A stretch of 63,933 bases of DNA, filler included, from Blastocystis sp. subtype 4 (lineage: Eukaryota), in the NCBI RefSeq assembly GCF_000743755.1. It is 9 parts of 9 records of this genome, joined end to end, with 100 filler letters (N's around TTAATTAATTAA, not from the genome) between each part and the next. Parts side by side here need not be neighbours in the genome. Positions count along the whole stretch, not along the records: positions 53,186 to 58,871 come from NW_014569093.1; positions 58,972 to 63,933 come from NW_014569065.1; 7 more parts are not named here. One strand, 5' to 3'. Within the stretch, counting starts at the first letter, position 1; every line of letters starts with the position of its first letter. Shown here in pieces: positions 55,128 through 63,933 of the stretch. The notes below the pieces were generated by a model. The model was not told the origin of the DNA, did no database searches, and saw nothing but the letters and a program-made list of their open reading frames with translations. The position numbers and the translations under genes are program-made.

Positions 55128-56146
55128 ATGAGTAGTCCTGAAGATTTGGATGTATTTATATCAAAAGTATAATGAAATTGATATATTGAATGAATAGTTA
55201 CGAAGATGTGAGTTACTAACAGAGAGTGAAGTGAAGAGTGTTTGTGACAAAGCTCGAGAGATTCTAATTGAAGAAGGTAATATTCAAGAAGTTCATAGTC
55301 CAGTAACAGTAGTATTTGAATAAGTAGTTAAGTAGTTAGATTTGTGGTGATATTCATGGTCAATTCTATGATTTGCGAGAATTATTTGAGATAGGAGGTG
55401 ATATTCCTGGAACAAACTATCTGTTTATGGGAGATTATGTAGATCGTGGTTATTATAGTGTTGAAACTTGTCTATTATTATTAACATTGAAAGTTCGTTA
55501 TTCTGATCGAGTAACACTTCTTCGTGGTAATCATGAGTCTCGTCAAATTAGTCAAGTATATGGATTCTATGATGAATGTCTTCGTAAATTCGGTTCAATC
55601 AATGTATGGAGATTCTGTATGGAAGTATTTGATTATCTTCCTGTTGGTGCAGTAGTTGATAGTCGTTTCTTCTGTGTTCATGGAGGATTATCTCCTTCTC
55701 TTCCTACTTTGGATGAAGCTCGTCTTCTAGATCGTAAAGTTGAGTTACCTCATGAAGGTGGAATGTGTGATTTGTTATGGTCAGATCCAGAAGAAGAACT
55801 AATTGGTTGGGGAATCAATCCTCGTGGTTGTGGTTTTGTATTTGGAGGTGATTGTGTAAGTGAATTCAACAAGTGTAACAATCTTTCTTTGATCTGTCGT
55901 TCTCATCAACTAGTAATGGAAGGATACAAATGGATGTTCAACAATGAATTGGTAGCTGTATGGTCTGCTCCAAACTATTGTTATCGTTGTGGAAATGTTG
56001 CTTCAATCATGGAAGTTGATGAAAATCTTCATTGTGAATTCAAAGTAACTGATCGAATATGAATTGATTTGTAGGTCTTTGAAGCTGCTCCTGCAAGTGA
56101 ACGAGGAATTCCTTCAAAGAAACCTCCTCCAGATTATTTCCTTTGA
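55128..56146 (+). CDS. PPP4C: Serine/threonine protein phosphatase 4 catalytic subunit
   Basis: [33 protein letters not shown]-terminus [12 protein letters not shown]. Confidence 0.9.
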
Positions 56147-56248
56147 TATGATTCGTTTTATTAAGATATTTTGATTTAATTTGATTGTTTGAATGAAATG
56201 AATGAATTATGAGAAATCCCCGTGATTGTTGTGGACAATTATTCAACA
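56143..56248 (+). repeat. Left copy of a 106-bp inverted repeat
   Basis: Reverse complement of 58766..58871 with one mismatch (56242/58772). Confidence 0.95.
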
Positions 56249-56267
56249 CACAATAACTATTAAGACA

Positions 56268-58757
56268 TTATTCACGATGACTTCTTGAATGTGTATGGTG
56301 ATGTTTATGATGACGTTCTGATTTCTTATCTAACTTCTCTTTCAATTCTTCTAAGAATTCAGCATACCAATTCTTCCTCTGTTCTTCTGTTTTTACACCT
56401 TTCCACCTTCGTTTCGAATTCAGCTGAGGTTCCACATCTTCATATGTGTATGTTAAGTGATATGGCTCATACAAATACTCACTTAACAGAGATTTGAACG
56501 CACGACGTTGAGGTCCTCCCTCAGCCACGTCCTTTTCCTCAAGCTTCTATTCATCATTACCATCACTTACTCTCACTTGTTTGTGGATCATGTGATAAGC
56601 CCAGTACGTCACTGCTGGACGCTTTTCCACAAGTCGTAACCACGTTGGTGCATACTCCATTGCTTTCACCTTTTTTGCCTCTTCTTCAGACAATCCAGAT
56701 TTATCCGTGATTGTATTCAGTTTATTTCCAATCTCCTTCATAGCCTCATTCACTTGTTCCATAGTAGAATCCGCATCCCACTTTAACAAATCATACTGAA
56801 TCAGTTGTTGAAGATACTTCTTCTCCATGTACGCATGGTCATTTAATCGCTCCAAATAGTCACTGAAGAATTGAGACGGACGAAAACTGGATTCCTTAAG
56901 CATCGTCTGAATGATCTCCTCTTTTGCTACTTTCGGTTCAAGCTCTTGCCACCTGCTTATCATTCTCACTCGATTCACTCACCTCATTTTGGGAATAATC
57001 ACCCCATTACACACCAATTGATCGAAGTAATCAGACAATTGAATACGTAACTGATTCAGACGCTGCAAACGAGTTGTCTCTTCCTGCTTACGTGCTTCAT
57101 TCACAGCATCGTAAAATAGATCCTTCTGCTCACGATCTGAAAGAGACTAAATTTCAGTCATTCCATAATTCCGTACTTTTCCTGTATATTTTTCATGAAT
57201 TATGGATTCAACTTCACTCCAACGAGAATCCCGCGTCAAATGAAGATCACTCAAAATAGCCCTGAATTTGGTCAATTCCTCTTGGTAAGCTTTCTTCCGA
57301 TTCTAGGCATCATGTCTCACATTCATATTCACCTCTCGCTCCTGATCACCTAGCTTCTGCAGGAAGAACCGAAGTTCCTCTTCACGACCTCCTCGATCAA
57401 GATCCCTCCAGCGAGCATCATCCTTCAGGAGTGTCTCGGCATCGCGATACGTACTGCGAGCAGTTAGCGAGGAGGTCTCCAGCATGCGACGGAAGGCTTC
57501 ACGGGCCTCGGCCAGATGGCGCAATCGCTCTTCACGTTCTTCCTTCGCCCGCTTACTCACAAACTCACTAAACACTTGTTTACGCTGACCAGGAGTACGT
57601 AAAGCCTATGATTGAGGGATCCCAAGATATATACAGTGTATCGAATATCACTTGCTATCAATGAAACTGCCTCTTTCCAGGACATCCCACTAGTGATTCC
57701 TTTCTCACGTAACAGACTCTCATAAGCTGCTCTGGCTTCCTCTGGTGTAGTCCACGTTACCACTGCCTCCTTCACCGGCTCCTCCGGCACCACTGGGGCA
57801 GGAGCAGGAGGAGTTACAGGCATGGGAGCAGGAGTTGTACTAACAGCGGGAGCTGGGGTAGAAATAGTTGTTATGAAAGGAGAATTACCAATTTGGGTGG
57901 GGGCAAACGAAGAGGTTGCTGGAGTGGATGGTGTGGAATTCTGAATACGAGTCAGTTCCTGCTTGTATAGAGTGTACTCCTGAGGCTCCTCCCAGACAGA
58001 CACTTGAGTGATAAGATTTGTCCAGAATGGATGACCATCAGCTGTGTAGGACTCCTTCCAAGGGCATGTCTAATCTTAACACAACCCATCAATTGTACTT
58101 TGATAGCTTTCTCAGCATCTGTTTTCAACTCATCTGGTTTCTGATAGGTTACAGCTCGAGTACGCTGGTTAAAATAATACTCAACTCCAGATTGATTTAC
58201 AAGTACCTGCCAATCGGAAACTGAAGGACGAGATGAAGACGACCCCTGGAGAGACATTTGGATCACCGACTGGCCCTGAGATACCCCACTATTCATACTT
58301 GAGGATTGGACACTCGAAGCATAGCCGATACGGGAAGAAGAAGAAATAGATGAAGCAGCTCTTTTATCGAAACGACTGGAAGATAAATTCGATTGTGCAC
58401 TCCTCTTTACTGATTGTTTTGCCATTCCTTTCACAGGACGAATTGGTTGAACTGAAGGAGTACTTTTCAAGGCATTTAGGATAGCGTCTGTTTCAGAATT
58501 ATTACTATGACTCAAAAGAATGAAAAAGAAAAAACATAGGTGAGCGACTTCCTGAACGAGCACTGTCTGAAGCATTTGATCTTGAAGAATATTGCGAATG
58601 TGAGTCGAGACTATTATCATTTAAACGAGATGGTGGGGAACCAGCAACATTCTACACAATCATTCCCATCTTTATTTTACAAAAATACAGATTCAGACGA
58701 ATCACCGCCTGTCGTCATCCATGCAGGCAACACCGATGATTTACCCCTTCCAAACAT
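56268..58757 (-). CDS. PRP40: Prp40/PRPF40 U1 snRNP protein (WW + FF domains)
   Basis: MFGRGKSSVLPAWM start; WW domains (WQVLVNQSGVEYYFNQRTRAVTYQKP, SVWEEP); FF repeats (ARAAYESLLREKGITSGMSWKEA, AREAFRRML). Confidence 0.88.
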
Positions 58758-58765
58758 CTCAAAAT

Positions 58766-58871
58766 TGTTGAGTAATTGTCCACAACAATCACGGGGATTT
58801 CTCATAATTCATTCATTTCATTCAAACAATCAAATTAAATCAAAATATCTTAATAAAACGAATCATATCAA
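58766..58871 (-). repeat. Right copy of the 106-bp inverted repeat, cut by contig end
   Basis: Matches 56143..56248 in opposite orientation. Confidence 0.95.
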
Positions 58872-58971
58872 NNNNNNNNNNNNNNNNNNNNNNNNNNNNN
58901 NNNNNNNNNNNNNNNTTAATTAATTAANNNNNNNNNNNNNNNNNNNNNNNNNNNNNNNNNNNNNNNNNNNN
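58872..58971. other. Artificial contig spacer
   Basis: N44-TTAATTAATTAA-N44. Confidence 0.98.
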
Positions 58972-58990
58972 TCTTTGAATTACTTCTAGA

Positions 58991-60774
58991 TATGTCTGTG
59001 CTGAATGGGATAATGGTGGTATTCCAGTTTGGATGAACTATTTGGAAGGTGTTCGTCTTCGAGCTAATAATGATATCTGGAAGAGTGAAGTGGGTCAGTG
59101 GATGAAAGTGCTCACTGATTACACTCGTGACTTCTTTGCTGATAGAGGAGGTCCTATCATCTTCTCTCAGATTGAAAATGAACTGTGGAATGGAGATAAG
59201 GAGNTTGGTGTGGAGAATTCGCAGAATCCCTTGATTTACATGTCCCTTGGATGATGTGTAATGGAGACAGTTCTGAGCTGACTATCAATGCATGCAATGG
59301 AAGGGACTGTTCTAGCTTCTTGGAGAAGAATGGTCAGAGTGGTCGTATTCTCATTGATCAACCTGGTTGTTGGACTGAGAATGAAGGCTGGTTCCAGGAG
59401 TTTGGAGGAATGAGTGCAGAGAAAGATGATTATGAGGGACGAGACTCTCGATCTGGTGAAGACTATGTGTTTAATGTGCTGAAGTTCATTGATCGTGGTG
59501 GTAGTTATCACAACTATTATATGTGGTTTGGAGGAAATCATTATGGTAAGTGGGCTGGAAATGGTATGACGAATTGGTATACGAATGGAGTAATGATTCA
59601 TTCAGATACTCTTCCTAATGAACCAAAACATACTCATACAGCAAAGATGCATCGTATGTTAGCAAACATCGCAAGTGTACTTCTGAATGATGAAGCCAAA
59701 GTGAATAAACAAGTGAAGTTGAACTGTGACAGTTGTAATGCTTTCGAATATCGCTATGATGGCCATGAAGTGACATTTGTGGAGAATAACAAAGCCTCTG
59801 CTGATACTGTGATTTATCGTGATATTATCTACAAGATGGATAAGTGGTCGATGGTAGTTGTGGATGAAGATGATAACATTCTTTTTGATACACAAGACAT
59901 CAAACCTATCAATAAACATCGTGTGTATCATTGTGAAGAGAAGCTTGATTTCACATATTGGAATGAGCCGATTCAAGACTTGAAGGGAGCTGGAATGTCT
60001 GTTGTGGTGAGTCCAAAGGCAAATGAACAATTGAATATGACTCGGGACCTGACTGAATTTCTGTACTATGAGACAACTGTTATGATGCCTCAGGAAGAGT
60101 GTACATTGTCTATTGGAGGTACTGATGCGAATGCTTTTGTTGCCTTTCTGGATGATCAATACATGGGTGCTGACGATGAACATACCCACAAGGATGGATG
60201 GCATACCATGTACATCAAGATGAAGGGATCTGTTGGTGAACACAAATTGACAATCCTCTCCGAATCTTTAGGTGTATCGAATTCTATGAACAGCAATCAG
60301 GACCCAACATGGGCTAGTCAACGTCTGAAGGGTATTTGTGGTTGGATCAAGTTGTGTGATAACGACATCTTCAATCAGAAATGGAGTCATTATCCTGGTT
60401 TGGTTGGAGAAGTCAAGCAAGTCTTCACAGAAGCGGGAGCTGCTCAAGTGGAGTGGAAGAAGGATCTTGAGAATGCTGCTCCTCTAGCATGGTATCGTTC
60501 TTCTTTTAAGACTCCAGTAGGTTTGAATCGTAACCTGCAGTTGCTCCTTCGTCCTGAAGGAATGAATCGTGGTCAAGCTTATGTGAATGGTCACAACATT
60601 GGTCGCTATTGGATGATTAAGGATACAAACGGTGAATATACTCAGGGATATTATCACATTCCTAGAGACTGGTTGAATCCTGTTGGTGAGGAGAATACTC
60701 TCTTCCTTGGTGAGACTCTTGGTGCAGATGAACCCAATGTAACAATTTGTACTACAGAGTATATAAACAACTAA
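58991..60774 (+). CDS. GH35 beta-galactosidase, 5' end missing
   Basis: YVCAEWDNGGIPVW, GGPIIFSQIENE (acid/base Glu), CWTENEGWF (nucleophile Glu), HNYYMWFGG, RGQAYVNGHNIGRYW, YYHIPRDWL; small N gap at 59204. Confidence 0.93.
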
Positions 60775-60844
60775 TCTACAAGGTGTTTGAAACAATAACA
60801 ATCCCCAAATAACTCATTGCTTGAAGAAACACAGTCATCTTACA

Positions 60845-61417
60845 CTAATCTACTTTCACAAGAACAGAATCACAGAAATCCCGAATTTGATCACTCTTCC
60901 AGTTGTCAAGACTAGTTTAACACACAACAACTGTTATTACTTCACAATTTCACTCTTTCCATTATCATATACGACATGCAAACGTGCTGAAGGAGTATTC
61001 GCACGAGTCTAGATCAACACATACAACGATAAACTACATTGATAACTAGATTTGTGTAACGATTTTTATGCTTTCGGATAAAGTCACGGATTTCAGGAAG
61101 ACGAGTTTCGAGAAAGGGATGAACAAGAAGTGTCACTTGTTTCACCTTTTTCTATTACATCATTTGAAAAGACAAATCCAATACAGATTCATCACTTTCA
61201 TCACTTAGACAACACAATTGACACTCTTCAATGATTTCTATTCCATCACTTCCATCTACACACTGATAATACCGGAATCTCCAACAAAAGAAGCGAGTTT
61301 GTCACATGAGGAACAAAGTAGCGTTGAGGCGAATCCTTTCTTCTCACAGTCCTTGTTGTCAATCTTTTCACTCAAAACAAGAAGAAAGAGTGTGAAACCA
61401 AGAAGGAGTGAATGCAT
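60845..61417 (-). CDS. SELENOF/Sep15-like ER protein lacking the CxU redox motif
   Basis: Signal peptide, CEKKGFASTLLCSSCDKL...ECQLCC, then LLVHPFLETRLPEIRDFI and LDNWKSDQIRDF; four GT-AG introns. Confidence 0.82.
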
Positions 61418-61452
61418 ATCAACAAACAAGTGACCCACTAAATGACAAAGAG

Positions 61453-62590
61453 TTATTCTTCCTTGACTTTCTCTTGAATCTCTTCAAAACTCCATCGCTG
61501 AGCAAACACAGGAATCTCTCTAGGAATCTGTGTTACTCCATGAAACAAAAATGAAACACTATCAAAGATATTCTACAAATAAAGAATTATCAACATTCAA
61601 ACCCAGCCAAGTGCTTTGAGAAGTGAAGAGAAGGCGATAAAAAGGAAGATCAGGAAATGACAAGTGACCTAAATAACCAAAATAGAAACATGTCTACCTC
61701 ATTTACAAATACATGACCACGAATCATATGAAAGGGATCCAAAAGAGCGATATAGAGAATTGTAGCAAAGAAGGAACATTTCACAGTACTAGAATCATAA
61801 GCAGAATATTTCATATACAATGTAGGTCGAATTAGATCTTGAGGAAGTTTGGAGGTTTCTGCTTCACTTCCCTCTTCTTTCAAATCAGGATCAGTTGCAC
61901 AATCTTCAGGCGCAAAATCAAGATAACTCATTAGAACTCTTCCTCCACAACCAGCAATCGTACCAACAACAAGCAAGAGAGAGAAACCTAGCTGTAAGTT
62001 ATTGATTCTTCACTTACTTGTGTATGAAAGAGTTGGATCACTCTTTAATGCACGATCCACTCCTCCAAATGTGAGTGCATACGAATTCTTCAGAAGATGA
62101 AAGAATGAACAAATCAGCTAGTCCTTAATATCACTACCAATTCTATACATGAATAGCAGGGAATTGATATATTCTCAGACCCCAATCAAAGGGAGTCCAG
62201 AATACAGTTAACCTATTCATTAACTAATCAACAAGATAGTTTACCATGCCATTACTAAACTCAAAATCACAGGATCCACTAGAAGACGACGAACTGGCTC
62301 ACCCATTATTATCGATGCCAGGATTGTTCCACCTATTTGTAACAATTCTATGAATTCAAATTACCAAATTCTCCAACAAAACAAATAAAAAACGACTCAA
62401 GCCAAGTCATAGTCTTATGTCGCTTACTTCTTCGAACACGTTCACATATCCAGAGTGATGAGCAATATTCAACAAGAGATATATTTGGAAACATGTGAAG
62501 GAACCGAATATTGTCAATCTATTCTCGTAATCAATCATTTGTATCATTTACCAGTGTAGCAAGTCCGTGAAATGATAAATCGAACTTCAT
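61453..62590 (-). CDS. TRIC/TMEM38-family cation channel-like membrane protein
   Basis: CFVGEFGGTILASIIMGEP and its repeat LVVGTIAGCGGRVL; several TM segments; TGTTTGTT at 61428..61421. Confidence 0.7.
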
Positions 62591-62847
62591 GAGATGAAAG
62601 TATTGAACAAACAGAAATCCATTCTTCCTTCCTATTGGATTCAGATTCCCGTGATATCCGTCTTCAATGATGAAACCTATCCTATTTCTGTCATTTGCTT
62701 CATTGACTTAATCTAAGGAGATAAGAATAGAATCATCGAAAGAATCTGGATTTGGAGGAATACATAACATGTTGAATCATTTTGGAGCGCTTCGTTTCAT
62801 CTGTCAACTCCTTTTCAAGAGACATTGATTTGGAATTGCTTCTTACG

Positions 62848-63933
62848 ATGCCGTACTCTTGAATTCGAATTGATTAATGACAGAGGTGAACAGAATGAAG
62901 AGGCTTCGCCGACTTTGGACCCCAAACCGGTTGTGGACGATTCAACATCTTTGGAAGAACTGAGTCGTCCATATGCTCATCTTCAAAAGAAGGAAATGAA
63001 AGCTCCAGTTGGATCATCCACTGGTACAGGTGAACTGGAAGAGAGTATTGAGTCGAGTAGGTTCCATTAAATTGATTCACTGTAGTGCCATCCTCAGAGA
63101 GTCTTCTGTATGAGACACGATCCAAGTTGCTAGTCATTGTATCCTTCTTCACTTAGTTGTAGTCATCAGATCGTGTGTCTCTTCTTGATTTCACTCCTAT
63201 TGCTTTCTCAACAGCTTCATCTACGACTTCTTTACCCTCCGTCGAGTCCCTGAATCTGAATCAGAAGATTCCCCTTGCTGCAGATATCTCTGCCTCTATC
63301 CTCACTTCATCTAACAATCAGGCTATTTCGATCAAAGTGAGTGAGAATGTTCAATATGAGTCATAGGACATGGAAGAAAGTCCTGAATTAATGGTTGTAA
63401 TGACTCGAATTGAAGCTGGATTACTCTCTTCTTGTGTACTAGATGATACAAGAATTGAAGAATAGAAACGAATATCCATGATTCTTCAAGAGGCAATTCG
63501 TCAACGTGAAGAAGCAACACTTAGTAATGAAGTGGATATTCGAAGTAGTAATAAACAGTTTGTATCAACTAGACTTCAACAATAGTATGGCAATGAGTGA
63601 ATTGAAAGAATGTGAAGAGAATGAGAAAAGGGAATTGGAAGGATTGGAAGTATGGATGATTGAAGAATAATAGATAGGATTGGTATGAATGTCAAGTAAC
63701 GGCAGTGGAGAATAGTTTTGCAGAACACTTAGAGAGATGTGAAAAGGAGTTGGAAGTAGGATTCAGAACTGTTTATCATTCAGGATTATCGTTCAGAGTG
63801 TTTTGCCAAGGCAGAACAGAAAGAGGCAGAATTGGATAAGGAATTGAAGAGTAAGTGTTTTTGAGACAATGGTATTGAGATGATCCTCCTGAACGAGCAG
63901 CTCGCATTCGATCACAAGTGTTGGAACGATATC
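62848..63933 (+). CDS. Hypothetical multi-exon protein, runs off window end
   Basis: Chain of + strand ORFs with about 30-nt GT-AG introns; no recognised family. Confidence 0.45.

Noticed and set aside
58540..58923. Two ORFs sharing the peptide [32 protein letters not shown] (also 56040..56249)
   Set aside because: Translation of the non-coding inverted repeat, not a protein family

Overview
Eukaryotic, gene-dense, intron-rich AT-rich DNA (most introns about 28-37 nt, GT-AG). It has very short intergenic spacers and a TGTTTGTT element just past gene ends, a combination that strongly suggests Blastocystis (inference). The window is not continuous: it is nine contig pieces joined by eight artificial 100-nt spacers (N44-TTAATTAATTAA-N44), so gene order across spacers means nothing. 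About 40 protein genes or gene fragments and 4 tRNA genes are readable. Housekeeping genes include RPL18A, a UBE3C-like HECT ligase, RPS2, POLR1C, CTP synthase, Prp43, p24, SWR1, SerRS, RPS27A, EF-1alpha, RACK1, glycogen phosphorylase, RPL8, ZNHIT1, ACBP, spermidine synthase, Tim10, calnexin, PI4K, PP4, Prp40, a GH35 beta-galactosidase and a TRIC channel. Highlights: (1) stop codons apparently completed by polyadenylation, including calnexin, whose KxKxx ER-retrieval signal is terminal only if that stop is made; (2) two U12-type introns (AT-AC in PI4K, AT-AG in ZNHIT1) needed to restore the reading frame; (3) a 106-bp inverted repeat tightly bracketing Prp40; (4) degenerate paralogues: a strawberry-notch pseudo-helicase, a SELENOF-like protein with no Cys/Sec motif, and an intronless atypical Hsp70 with a tandem pseudogene; (5) a probable NELF-C/D homologue. 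All gene models were spliced by eye and all family calls come from motif recall, not database searches.
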